Assembly (NCBI RefSeq): GCF_000143415.4
Contig: NW_003314261.1
Span: forward strand, 3,526,880-3,590,879
Direction: 5' to 3'
DNA length: 64,000 nucleotides
From: Selaginella moellendorffii
Taxonomy: Eukaryota > Plantae > Lycopodiophyta
Shown: positions 47,300 through 59,459 of the stretch, in pieces
Layout: each line of letters begins with the position of its first letter
Numbering within the stretch: the first letter of the stretch is position 1
Translations under genes and position numbers: made by a program
The notes under the pieces: model-generated
The model's input: only the letters and a program-made list of their open reading frames with translations
What the model was told of the DNA's origin: nothing
Databases searched by the model: none

Positions 47300-49560
47300 T
47301 GAAGATTTGACTCTCATTTCATATTTTGATGGAAACCAGTTAATAATTTATGTATATAGAAAACCAAAGGTAAATATATAATACAGAAATAACTTAAATA
47401 AACTCTCCTCAGAGAGTAATGAGTTCAACTTTTAAGAGGAAATTATATTAATAGTTATATTGTAAAATAAAATTATTTTATTCTTACTATCAAAAATTTA
47501 AATAATAAAAAAAATATAATTAAAAGTTTTTATTTATAATATATAATTTATATTATTATCGTTATTATTAGAAAATAATATACAAAATATGATTATATGT
47601 AGCTAAAAGAATAATCTTAATCATAGTGATATAAAACTATACATTAACTGTGTTTATATAAATTTCACGTATAGATTTGTTTAAATAAACATGGTGAGAA
47701 GAAATATATTTTAGAATGAATCATACATGAGAAAAAATTTAAATAAAAAATCAAGTTTATAAATGGAATACACTTTCAAAAATATCTAGAATTATAAAGT
47801 AGCCACATACATAAAGGCACATAAATATTAAATTGAGGTGAAGACTAATCCAAAAATAAGATAAGGTAAATTATTAATCAATCATTAAATTAAAATACAG
47901 AGGTAATAAATTTTATTACTATTTTAAATAGTAAAAATTATTGGATAATTTTATATATTAAAGACTATAAATACTATTAAAGGAATGGTACAATATTTAA
48001 TTGATGTCATAAACAAAACTAATATGCAAAGCACAGGAAAACTTACAAAAAAAACATATTTTATTTAAAATTTATTTTGCAAATAGTTTTATGTTAAATT
48101 TTTATTGAAATATTATATTTTACTCAATTTACATCAAGAAATTTCCAAAATATATTTAGTGATGCAAAGTTTGTTAAAAAATAAATATTTAAATATTTAT
48201 TAATACTACATATATCATTAAAAAATATATGTAAGTTGAAAAATTTATAGATTATTTTGATATATTTATTTAATTTATTTTTATTAGCCAAATTATATTT
48301 ATATAGATAATCTATTCACTATCATCCTAAAAAGAATTTGTAGTTTATTTTTTAAAATTATAATAAATAAAATGCTAAAACACCTTTAATATTAAATTAA
48401 TTGATTTGATAAAATATAGAAATAGACTGGTGTATAAAACAACTTTATAAATTTTATTTTAATAAAAAAGTTATTTTTAATTTAGGATGCCTAAAAATCA
48501 GTTTATTAATATATAAACAAAATACCTTATGCACTAAAGAGGATAAATTAAAATGAATAATATTTTTAAAAAACACATCCATCTATTCATGAATATATAT
48601 TAACATTAAATTCATGTTAAAATATTTACATAGAGAAACTTAAATAAATTTATGAATTTAATAAAAACAATGAAATGTATAAATACCTTAGTAATATTTC
48701 AGTAAATATTTATTATATAATTTCACCTAAATTTATACTATTCGAAATACTTTAGCATAATAAAACATATTTAATTCTTTTAATTACATTAATTTATGAT
48801 TTGCACAACAAATTTAGCACACATAGTTTTAACTATATTTAACTATAAAGTAAATTTTATTTTTAGACATATGTAAAAAAGGAACAAAGGTATTTTTAAA
48901 TACTTGGGTCACTTAATAAAAATATTAAATTTGAATTTTTGAGAACGTCTTAACTGGGGTCTAAATTGAAATAAAATAAAATTTAATACAAATTTATTAT
49001 AGAAATGTTATAATATGAAAGTAAAAGCTTAATGTAATAGTATTTTTAATTTCAAATCAAATCAACAAGGTTGTATTTTTTGTTAATTGAATCAACAATC
49101 AAATCAGAGTATAGAATTAGGGTTTAAAATTAAATAAAGAGCGACACAATATCTTGAATAATTAATCATATTTTTAACCTCATTATCCTTAAAAAATATT
49201 TGATCAATTTTTTTATTAATGTATATAACACTTCTATTAAGCATTAGTTATACAACACATAGAAAATTATTTAATTCATTTATGGCACACACTTTATTCA
49301 TTTTTTAAATCTAAACTATACTAATTATATAATATTCTTTTTTATTATTTATTTGAATTCATAATTTAAGAAGCTAAAGGTGTGAATTCATGGAATATGG
49401 AAAAGGAATACAAGAAATGTACATATCTTTTAACCTCTATTTTATATACAATAATCTGGATTAAAACCAATTTAACAACTACTAAAATCCCATTATGCTA
49501 ATATTAGTATATGGCATCCTCACAAAAGTAGTTATTTGGTGTTTTTCGTCTTAGCACTTA
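47300..49560. other. Extremely AT-rich non-coding block of about 2.2 kb
   Basis: No ORFs in the track; roughly 80% or more A+T by eye and almost no CpG; fairly sharp boundaries. Confidence 0.85.
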
Positions 49561-49589
49561 ATTAATTGCCTCGGAGCAAATTTCACATC

Positions 49590-50110
49590 CCTCATGTTGT
49601 GGCCGACAGATGTTGTTATCAGGTCTTGGGCAGACAGTCCCTTGGCTTGGAACTTTGAGAGGAGCTGCAAGACACCAGATGTTGGCACTGGGATGGCCGT
49701 GAGCTCCACCTCTTTCAATGTGAATCAGGATCATCGCTTGGCACTGGTGGTGCTGTACACGTGACGAGAACTTAGAGGAAGTCCAGAGGTAAGCGAACTC
49801 ACCGTTGTTTGCAGAAAGGCCTGTGGCGGTGATGCTGTCTCTGCATTCCAGAAGCTTTGTAACTATATAAGCAGACCATTCACAAACCATTAGAATTGAG
49901 ATCTATAGTCAAGGAATCTAAAAGATCAAGGAATATCTTAATAGAAATTCAAGGAACACTTGCGGCCTTTAGGAAGAAGTTGGCTCAAAAGAAGAGCTTA
50001 AACGAAAGGAAGAAAGGGAAAGTTCAAACACTGAGCAAGTATGGACCAAGAGCAAGAGGGACACTGGCTCTCCACTGCGGCCTTGATATTGTCAATGACA
50101 TCAACGAACA
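49590..50110 (-). pseudogene. Class III peroxidase remnant
   Basis: Fragments VDVIDNIKAAVESQCP, RDSITATGLSANN and LLSKFQAKGLSAQDLITTSVGH (decayed proximal-His motif); frames are broken. Confidence 0.72.
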
Positions 50111-50375
50111 GCACAGTGTTGCTGATGCACAGGATTCAGCTGACGAGCTTTGAGTTGTGACCATACAGTGTTACACTCCTGAAGCGCTTTGATAATCCGG
50201 CCTCTAGCGCGTCCTGTTGCTCCATCCTGGGGTTTTTGTCCGAGGCAAGCAGAAAAATTGGAGTTTTGGGCGAGGCACAGTGATGCTGGAGAAATACAAC
50301 AAATAATAACTTCTCTTGCAAGCTAAAATTCATTGCAAAAGATTGACAACCAAAACAAAATGAATCCATGGTATA

Positions 50376-51682
50376 TTAGAGCCACCATTGTTTTGCCAGC
50401 CACTGGTTGGGATCCACGGCTTTCCCATTGACAAGGAGGCCCCTGTTTCCAGCAAAAAAGATGAGGATTTGAAAAAATAGTTCCTTCATGCTTCATACCA
50501 GTGCAAATGTGGTCCTGTTGCGAGGCCGGAGTCTCCCACGGCGCCAATGGTATCGCCTTGTTTCACTATCTCTCCTTCACTGTAAGGGAAAAAAAGCTGT
50601 GAGGAATGTCACAGCACAGAAAAGAAAGTCTAGAGCGTGCTTACACGGCGTCTACCGATGAGAGATGCATTAAGATGGAAGTTACACCATGACCATGGTC
50701 CAGGCCAATGCAGTTCCCGTGAAGCTGGAAACCATCAGCTTCCTTACCAACAAGAACCACGCGACCCTTCGCGGGTGCCTTGACAGGAGTCCCCTCTTCG
50801 GCACCATAGTCGATTCCTTGATGATAGTAGCTGTAAAAACAATCTTGATTTTTCTGTCCATGAAAAAAAACTTCTTACTTTTCAGCGAAAACTCCGTTGT
50901 AGAAACGTTGGAGGCCGAATCCAGTAGTGACATCTCCCTGTGCTGGAAGCTTAAAGGGACCGGACCAATGCTGGACAGGTGTTTTGCTAAGTCGCAACAC
51001 CTCCATGGCCGCTTTCTCCTTCCTAGTTCCTGTTGAAAACCCGTGAGACGATGAACTAAATCAAAGGCGAGAGAAAAGCTTACCAAAGTTTACCAGAAAT
51101 GCTAGACTTTGTATCGCTGAGCCAGATCGATTCCACTGGATAGTCCTTGTCAACAATCTGTATGCTTCCACGATAGAGCTTGTGTCGTCCATCTCTTACG
51201 TCCACCTATTAGTTGTAACCATTAGCAAAAGAACCATATGAAAGTAAAAAAAATCCAAGGCTCACTGCGAACGAGCGAGGTCCAGGAACATCGAGAGGCG
51301 TGGACGGCGCCAGTGCTCTCCAGATAGATTTTTCCTCGGTGGTCGGGTACGCTGGAATCTCACTCCCGCCATAAGTAACGCTCACAAAAGAATTTCCCCA
51401 AACAATCTCCCTGACAAGTAGAAAGGATCATCCTTTGGAAAAACTCTTTCTCTCTCTCTCTCACCTGAGAGACAAGTTGAGCTTCTGGAAGAGATCACTG
51501 GGAGGCGGCACCCTGACGACAATCGCAAGCGTATCGCCCTTGGTCGGATTCCAAGAGGATAGCTCAAAATCTACATCCCTCTCACCTCCGCGATCGATCA
51601 CTCCCAAGACCATCCTAGACGCCCGCATTCCACATTCTACGAAGAATCCCTCGATCGGACCCTTCTTCTCGATGGAATCCAT
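50376..51682 (-). CDS. M23 (LytM/MepM-like) zinc metallo-endopeptidase, cyanobacterial type; 7 exons, 309 aa
   Basis: Exons 51682-51465, 51380-51266, 51205-51094, 51029-50879, 50830-50645, 50579-50499 and 50442-50376 join in frame (930 nt, all GT-AG). Product contains YYHQGIDYG (HxxxD), HGNCIGLDHGHG, HLS and TGPHLHWGLLVNGKAVDP (HxH). The true start may lie further upstream. Confidence 0.9.
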
Positions 51683-52843
51683 CCAAACGAGAAAGCCCTA
51701 CGCCAAGAATTTCGAGTACCGGAATCGAACCTTGGATGCACCAACCATATGACATCTAGCGGTCCAGATTCAAATTGAGAAGCCAACGGTTATGATTTCG
51801 TCTTCCTCCTCTGGGTGTGGAAAGCGACCCATAGACAAGAGATCATGTCTTGTACCGTCGAAGAACTGCCAAGTTCAATGGTTCCTCCGATTGCTCCATG
51901 GCTGGAAGCATCAAATCAGCTGTTAATGTCTTTGATACTCATTCATCCTCCTCCGCTCAGGCAGGAAAGCGATCGCTACACTCGCCCAGACCAAAGATCG
52001 TGTGTAGCCCTGCGATTTTCTAATTGCTCCTCTATCCCTTTGCCGTGCATTGGAATTTCGGGCTGGCTACTCAGAGTCTGGGGCCCCATCTTTCCATTCT
52101 CCGTCTATGCATCGTGATTGATCCATCAATCAATGCAACAAGCCAGGCCGAGCAGAGCTCGCCATGAATCGACTTGAATGAAAGCCTCCAATGAGTGCTT
52201 TGCAGGCCAAACAGAATTCTCTTGCTCTTGCACGGCTGGATTGATCTGACCATGGGATGGGCATGGGCTCCCAGCTCGCTCACACGACGTTGACAGCCCA
52301 AAAACCCCAAATTCTACCGCACTGTACCGCGCGGCACCCGCCGCCGGCACCGCGCGGTAGCAGCCCTGGCGGTGGCCGTCAGCACGTGGCGATAACCCGG
52401 TGGCCCACCAGAAATGATTGAATCCGTGGCCCATGCCGCGGGCCCGCCAGCAGAGCGCCAGGCTGGCGAGCTGTCCGCGTGCCACGTCATAGGGCGATGT
52501 CCGCGGACCGGTAGACCCGTCATTCCCTGGAAATTTCCCAATCGTCACTCGTCAACACACACCCAGGCACAGCCTCACTGTACCCAGCGTAGCCCCCATT
52601 AAGCTACTAAACCGATGAGTTTATTAGGCGCTTAAACGCCAGGAGATGGCCAAGTATAAAAACCACGCGGCGCTCCAGAGGTCAAGCAGCAAGGTTTTCA
52701 AGCTCTCCAAGCCTTTCTTCTCTTCCTTCCAAGCTCGCCATTTCGATAGATCGATCGAGCATCTCGCCATTTCGATTCCAGCTGCGAGGATTTGATCGAT
52801 CGAGCATCCTCTTCCTCTAGCATTTCTCTTCTCGAGCTCGAAA

Positions 52844-53779
52844 ATGGCGTCCACGCTTCTCGCAGCACTTGCATTCCTCTCCCTCTTCGCTATGGCCGCT
52901 CAATCCAAGCTCGTCGAGACGCCACCGCTCGTCCTCGACTACCACAACGGCCCCGTTCTCTCCGGCCCGGAGCCGATCAAGATCTACCTCGTCCTCTACG
53001 GCCGCTTCTCCAAGAGCGACAAAGCCACCATCACCGATTTCCTCTCGAGCTTCTCTCCGGCGGCGGCCAAGAGCTCCTCCACCGTCGCCAAATGGTGGTC
53101 GCTCACGCAGAAGTACACCGACTCCAAAGGCCAGGGAGTCGCGCAGAGCCTCGTCCTGGCCAAGCAAGCCACCGATCGCAAGTACTCGCTCGGCAAATCC
53201 CTCAAGAAGTCGGACATCGCCACCCTGGTCGCGAGCTCCATCCGCTCAAAGGCCTTCCCGTCCGACCCCCGCAGCATCTATCTCGTCCTCACCGCCGCCG
53301 ACGTGAGCGTCCAAGGCTTCTGCCAAAACACCTGCGGCGAGCACCTCTACACTTTCCCCGGCTCCTCCACCGGCGGCGCAATGCTTCCATACGCCTGGGT
53401 TGGCAACTCCGAGGCGCAGTGCCCGGGATTCTGCGCCTGGCCATACGCCAAGCCGCAGTTCGGCCCCCAGGAGGTTCTCACCGCTCCAAACGGCGTCGGG
53501 GTGGACGGGATGATCATCACCATCGCCAAAGTTCTCGCTGGAGCCGCCACCAATCCGTTTGGAACCGCGTACTACCAGGGCGAGCAGACGTTTGCGCTCG
53601 AGGCGGCGGGAGCTTGCTCCAGCAGCTATGGGCCGGGGTCGTATCCTGGCTATCCGGGGCAGCTCTCCGTGGATCCCAGCTCCAAGGCGAGCTACAATGT
53701 GGAGGGCGTGAACCAGCGGAAGTTCTTGGTGCCGTGGATATGGAACCCCGCGACTCTCTCTTGCGCTGGACAGCCATGA
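52844..53779 (+). CDS. EXORDIUM/PHI-1 family secreted protein; intronless
   Basis: Signal peptide, YHNGPVLSG, YLVLTAADVSVQGFC, YAWVGNSEAQCPGFCAWPY, PNGVGVDGM, GSYPGYPG, RKFLVPWIWNP. TATAAAA at ~52655. Confidence 0.95.
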   Translation: MASTLLAALAFLSLFAMAAQSKLVETPPLVLDYHNGPVLSGPEPIKIYLVLYGRFSKSDKATITDFLSSFSPAAAKSSSTVAKWWSLTQKYTDSKGQGVAQSLVLAKQATDRKYSLGKSLKKSDIATLVASSIRSKAFPSDPRSIYLVLTAADVSVQGFCQNTCGEHLYTFPGSSTGGAMLPYAWVGNSEAQCPGFCAWPYAKPQFGPQEVLTAPNGVGVDGMIITIAKVLAGAATNPFGTAYYQGEQTFALEAAGACSSSYGPGSYPGYPGQLSVDPSSKASYNVEGVNQRKFLVPWIWNPATLSCAGQP

Positions 53780-54402
53780 GCAAGATCTTCTTCACTGCGA
53801 TCTTCATCGTGTAAGATATTCAAGAGAGTTTAGGGGAAAAAGAAAACAAAAAAAACAGGAGAACTTACGGGAAGTGTTAATCAATCACTGTACATGCCGG
53901 ATGGAACGAACTACTTTTTGGAAATAATGAAGAAAAAGGATGCTTGTCTAACCAGAGCAAGGAGTGTGCTGTCGTCTGGAAGCGTGAGAACTTACAAATT
54001 TCTTACCGGAAATGCCAATTCCAGAGCTCCCAGGATTTTGTTGAAAACGCTAGATAGATCTAGAAATGGAGAGAAATGTTAGAATTCCCTGCCGAAAATC
54101 TACCAGTCACAAGGATTTCGCTAGCTAGAACTAGTAACGGAGAGAAATCTTAGAATGCGGCTGATATCGAGCTGCGCTGATTACAAATCCACCAGTCAGC
54201 CGCGAAGGACATCCAGCGTGAGCGAAGAACCCTAAAAACCCTAACGAACCAGTTTGTGTTCGAATCCCGGGAAGCCAATGGTTTCTTTTAACGGATTTAT
54301 GACGTGCCAGTGTCCGCCCGCGTGACGTGGCGGATCCATGACGCTTGGCTCAGGGTATATGTTTTTTGGCGGGCGGCATTTGAGTTGTGAGAGAGCGAAG
54401 GA

Positions 54403-54608
54403 ATGGCGCCACCGAGACGATCGCCCGCTGCCCCATCGCCCATGCGACGACGACGACGCCGAAGAGGAGTAAGCTCTCCCATCCATCGGATTCTTAGCAC
54501 TTCTAACCTAAGCTCGATCGACTCTTGCCGTGACTTCAGAGACGTAGAAGAAGAAGAGCGAGAAAGAGATCCGCGGCAACAAACTCTGGAATCACCATGG
54601 ACGATTAG
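54403..54608 (+). CDS. Candidate 2-exon Arg-rich micro-gene (protamine-like peptide or uORF), 44 aa
   Basis: Exon 54403-54468, 71-nt intron 54469-54539 (GTAAGC...CTAAC...TTCAG) and exon 54540-54608 give MAPPRRSPAAPSPMRRRRRRRGRRRRRRARKRSAATNSGITMDD*. Confidence 0.5.
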
Positions 54609-54822
54609 AAACCTCTCTCGATCGCCGACATTACCTAGATGAGGAAGAAATCGTCTCCATTTCTCCTCCCATTTGTAAAAACCATGCCCACCGTTCAATT
54701 TGAATCCTATTGTACGATATGGATCTCTCTTAAATCTAGGGTTCTTTTCAAAGTTAGGGTTCTAGCAGCGGCTCGGCTAGGGTGAATTGGCGATCGAATT
54801 GGCGACCGAATTGGCGCTCGGG

Positions 54823-57619
54823 ATGTCGAAATTCTGGGACCAGGTGCGTCGGATTCGTGTTGCTCTTGGTATTGATCTCTTGTTTTCGTGCAGGGAGTTG
54901 ATAGCGACTCGGAGGACGATGTGAAATCGAGCGAGGATGCCGATGACTTCAAGGATATCGTCACGCCCGGTGAGGCGGGGAACAAGTATCTCAACAAAAC
55001 GAGCGATAGCGAGGGGTCGGAGGATGAGAAGCGCGTCGTCCGCTCGGCCAAGGTCAAGAGGTTCGACGAGATGTCGGCAACCATCGACCAGATCCGCAAT
55101 CACATGAAGATCAACGACTGGGTGAGCCTCCAGGAGAGCTTCGACAAGATCAACAAGCAGCTGGAGAAGGTTTTACGCGTCACTGAGACGGCGGCTCCTC
55201 CTCGCATCTACATCAAGGCGCTGGTCATCCTCGAGGATTTCCTGAGCCAGACACTGGGCAACAAGGAGCTGAAGAAGAAGATGAACAGCAGCAACTCCAA
55301 GGCTTTCAACTACATGAAGCAAAAGCTCAAGAAGAACAACAAGATCTACGAGGCCGAGATCGAGCAGTTCCGCAAGAACCCAGAGTCCGAGGCCGAGGAC
55401 GAGGATGACGAGGGCGACATGAGCAGCGAGGAGTCGGAGCCGGACTTTATCGAGGAGGTTCAAGACGTTGCTCCGGTGTCTGAGTCGGATAACGAGGATG
55501 GGTGGCAGAAGTCGGGCAAGGGGCCTAGCTATATCATCAAGAAGGACCCGAGCGAGATAACTTGGGACATGGTGGATAAGAAGCTCAAGGAGGTGATTGC
55601 TGCTCGAGGGAGGAAGGGAACCGATCGAGTGGAACAGGTTGAGCAGCTCACTTATCTCGTTACGATTGCAAAGACCCCGGCGCAGAAGCTCGAGATCCTC
55701 CTCCACGTTGTCTCGGCTCACTTTGACGTGACGACGAGCTTGAACACGCATCTTCCGGTGAACGTGTGGAAGAAGTGTGCGCATAGCATGATGGCCATTC
55801 TGGACATACTAGCGCAGCATCCCAACATTGTCATGAGCGAGAATGCCGAGCCCGAGTCGGAGAACGAGACGCAGAAGGGAGACGACTATCCCGGCCAGAT
55901 TCGCGTCTGGGGGAACATTGTTGGGTTCGTGGAGCGGCTGGACGACGAGCTCTTCAAGAGCTTGCAAGTGATCGATCCGCACACCAAGGACTATGTCGAC
56001 CGCATGAAGGACGAGCCAGCCTTCTTGGTGGTGGCACAGAGTGTTCAGGAGTACGTGGAGCGCATTGGAGATACGAGAGCCGCCGCTCGGGTGGCACTTC
56101 GCAGGCTGGAACACGTCTACTACAAGCCTCAGGAGGTTTACGAGGCCATGAGAAAGCTCGGGGAGAGCCAGAAGACGGCGGAGGCTGGTGCGGAAGACAC
56201 CACGCTGGTTCTGGGAACGCCCGACCTTCCGGAACTCAGTCGGACTATGATGGACGACCTCATAACTCTGATCTACAAGTTTGGAGACGAGCGCACAAAA
56301 GCCAGGGCCATGCTATGCGACATCTATCACTACGCCATCTTCGACGACTTCTACACTGCGAGGGACCTCCTGCTGTCGAGCCGACTGCAAGATGGGATCA
56401 TGAACATGGACATCCTGAGCCAGATCCTGTTCAACAGAGCTATGGCGCAGCTGGGACTGTGTGCCTTCCGGACCGGTCTCATCACTGAAACGCATGCGTG
56501 CCTGTCGGAGTTCTATGCCGGCGGACGGGTGAAAGAGCTCCTTGCACAAGGAGTTCAGCAGAGTCGGTTTTACGACAAGACTCCAGAACAGGTGATTGTT
56601 TTCATAGTTTTGTGTTTCTTCTCAACTTGTGAGGTGGTTTTCTTGTGTAGGAAAAACTCGAACGCCGCCGTCAAATGCCGTTTCACATGCATATCAACCT
56701 GGAGCTACTAGAGGCGGTCCATCTAATCTGTGCAATGCTGCTGGAGGTTCCCAACATGGCCGCCAACGCGCACGACGTGAAGAAGAAAGTTTACAGCAAG
56801 ACGTTCCGCCGTCTCCTGGACATCTACGAGAAGCAGGCCTTCATCGGGCCCCCAGAGAACATCCGTGACAACATCATGGCTGCGAGCCGGGCTCTGATGA
56901 AGGGCGACTGGGAGAAGGCGGTGGCGATCGTCCAGGGCCTGGATATCTGGAAGCTGCTCCGGAAGCGAGAGTTCGCCATGGACATGCTCAAGAGCAAGAT
57001 CCAGGAGGAGGCGCTGCGGACTTATCTCTTCACGTACGCATCGTCCTACGACTCGCTGAGCCTGGACCAGCTCATGGCGATGTTTGATCTCCCGGAGGGG
57101 CTCGTTCACAGCATCGCCAGCCGGCTCATGGCAGCGGAGGAGTTCCACGGCAGCTGGGATCAGCCGACTCGCTGCATCGTCCCACACAACGTGGAGCCGA
57201 CGAGGCTCCAGGCTCTGGCAATCCAGTTCGTGGACAAGCTCTCGACGCTGGTGGAGATGAACGAATTCGCTGACAATGCTCGCACCGGTGGTGGTGGTGG
57301 TGGCACGGACTTCTTCAGCAGGCACAAGGATACGCAGGACTACGTTGGAGCGGTGGCGGGGAAGAGGGAGCGTGGCGGCGAGCGTGGTGGCGGAGGCTAT
57401 GGCAGGGATAAGAACCAGCGCGGCGGCGGCGAGCGTGGTGGCGGTGGCGGTGGTGGAACTGGAGGATCTTACGCCGCTGGCTATCAGAGTACCAGGTACC
57501 AAGATGCTTATAGTAGCGTTGGAAGAACTCCATACCAGAGTGGGCCTAGCGGAAGGGGCGGACAGTCGGATGGTGGTGGTAGAATGGTGAATTTGCTTCG
57601 TGTTGGTGGAAGGTTTTAA
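54823..57619 (+). CDS. eIF3c: Translation initiation factor 3 subunit C, 3 exons
   Basis: [87 protein letters not shown] domain, Gly/Arg tail. Confidence 0.96.
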
Positions 57620-57685
57620 AACATTTTCACTGTTTTTTTGCATTTTTAAAACAATCTTCGACCGTTGGATCGGTTCTTTACGTGC

Positions 57686-57730
57686 ATTTTTAGGGTTCTT
57701 CCGGATATTCAAATTTTTAGGGTTCTTCCG
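57686..57730 (+). promoter_or_regulatory. Duplicated telo-box-like element (18-bp direct repeat)
   Basis: ATTTTTAGGGTTCTTCCG at 57686-57703 and 57713-57730, just upstream of the NEDP1 ATG. Similar TAGGGTT/AACCCTA motifs precede several other genes here. Confidence 0.55.
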
Positions 57731-57741
57731 AAAATTCTGGA

Positions 57742-58395
57742 ATGGAGCGTGTTCTTAGCTATGGCGACGTCCTCCTCCGCCGGCGCGATGTGGAGCTCCT
57801 CCATCCCCCGAATTTCATCAACGACCACATCATCGACTTCTTCTTCTCTTATCTCTCCTCATCGGGAAGCAGCGATGTGCTCTTGGTAAGCCCATCCACG
57901 AGCTTCTGGATCACGAACTGCGCCGACGCGCGAGATCTGGCACCGGCACTGGCGGCGCTCAATCTCCGCGACCGGCAGATGCTGCTCCTCCCGATCAACG
58001 ATAGCGCCGATGTGGAGTATCGCTCCAGCCATGGGAATCTAGAGCGGGGCAGCCACTGGAGCCTCCTGGTCTTCCACAGGCCCAGCAATTCGTGCCTCCA
58101 TTTCGATAGCCTGGACGGCGCCAACGATCGCTACGCCCGATCGCTCCATGCCAGGGTCTCGGAGCTTGTCGGCTCCAAGCCCAGATTCGTGAGCGCCGCC
58201 ACACCACAGCAGGAAAACGGGCATGACTGTGGGGCGTACGTGATGGCCATCGCCGCGGCGGTGAAGAAGGGGTTTGAGAGCGATGTGGAGGAGATTGTGA
58301 AGCGCGAGGTGAGCTCCGAGTCTGTGAGGAGATTGAGGGCGAGCACGCTGGATCTCATCGATTCTCTGTGCCGGGAGGAGGCGATCAAGACATAG
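57742..58395 (+). CDS. DEN1: NEDD8-specific protease 1 (DEN1/SENP8, C48 family); intronless
   Basis: VLSYGDVLL, FINDHIIDFFF, LPIND, GSHWSLLV, HFDS, QQENGHDCGAYV (His-Asp-Cys triad). Confidence 0.93.
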   Translation: MERVLSYGDVLLRRRDVELLHPPNFINDHIIDFFFSYLSSSGSSDVLLVSPSTSFWITNCADARDLAPALAALNLRDRQMLLLPINDSADVEYRSSHGNLERGSHWSLLVFHRPSNSCLHFDSLDGANDRYARSLHARVSELVGSKPRFVSAATPQQENGHDCGAYVMAIAAAVKKGFESDVEEIVKREVSSESVRRLRASTLDLIDSLCREEAIKT

Positions 58396-59459
58396 AGTTT
58401 TAAGTTTGTAGAACTTCCAAGTCTCTCTCTTACACTGGAAAAAGCTGGCTTCTTTCATGGATGGCACTTGAGCGCTCATGCTACTAAGTGCGCTCTTGGC
58501 TTTCTAAAGCTTCTTTGTTTTTCCAGAGTGTTGGTGGGAGAGATTTGGTCGTGCCTGTCACTCCGAGAAGGTCAACACACATATCAACTGCTGATGCTAT
58601 TTACCTGGATTGTTTTGCAGAGATCGATGCTCATCCTGTTGAAAGTGATGCAAGGAGTAAACGATCCCACTGTGAACAGCTTTCGTCCAGTAGAAACAGG
58701 GCAAGCTTGCGTCATTCTTTCCTGCGTAGTGATTGCAAGTGTGATCCTATCGATTTCCCAGTTTTGTGACAAAGCAGTTTGAAGATCTGAAGCATCACAG
58801 TAGAGGAGCAAGAGCAAGAGCTCAAGCAGCTGGAGTGTTCGAGGAGGAACGATCTCGCTCGATTACTTGCTTGTGTTCGTGCGTCTCCTCCACTATCAAG
58901 AACACTATCGAGGATGAGACAGAGTCTCAAAGTGTAGTACGAAAGTGTTTGAAAATGGTAGACGAAGCTCTGGTGGATCCGTGATTGACATCCAAAGTTC
59001 CAAAAGGACTTGGAAGTTGATTGTTCAAACAAGAGCATCTCTGGCTCTAGCACGTTTAATCATTACCAAAGGATCATCTGGCTATAAAAATCGCAGTCCC
59101 TCCCACAAAACTGTATCACCAGTGGCTGGAATCGCTTTAATGTGATGGTCCTGGAGCCTATCCGATCAACAATGAGCTTAGATCATTCCTCCAAGGGAGT
59201 GGAAACTGACTCGGACTTTGATCCGCCAGACTTCCACAGAAGTTTCTGCGATGTGATCCAGGGGAGAGCGCTGGAAGTAGAAGGTTCTGGCACGCAATAG
59301 CGCTAGAATTGCTCAGTCAACCAGGAACGTGAATAGAAAAGGAGAGCTCTCTTTAGCGGCCTTTAAATGGCCGTGATCTATCAATGGTTTCTCCACTCCC
59401 AGATCTCAGGCTTTTTGGATCTCACACACCATACTTTGCATCCACAAGCAAAGAAGAAA

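Noticed and set aside
52792-53814. 340-aa Arg/Pro-rich overlapping ORF
   Set aside because: Alternate frame of the GC-rich EXORDIUM gene, with a non-ATG start.
54403-54642. Unspliced 79-aa ORF from the track
   Set aside because: It reads through a well-formed intron; the spliced model fits the signals better.
56723-57712. 329-aa minus-strand ORF (likewise 55173-55784)
   Set aside because: Antisense shadow of eIF3c.
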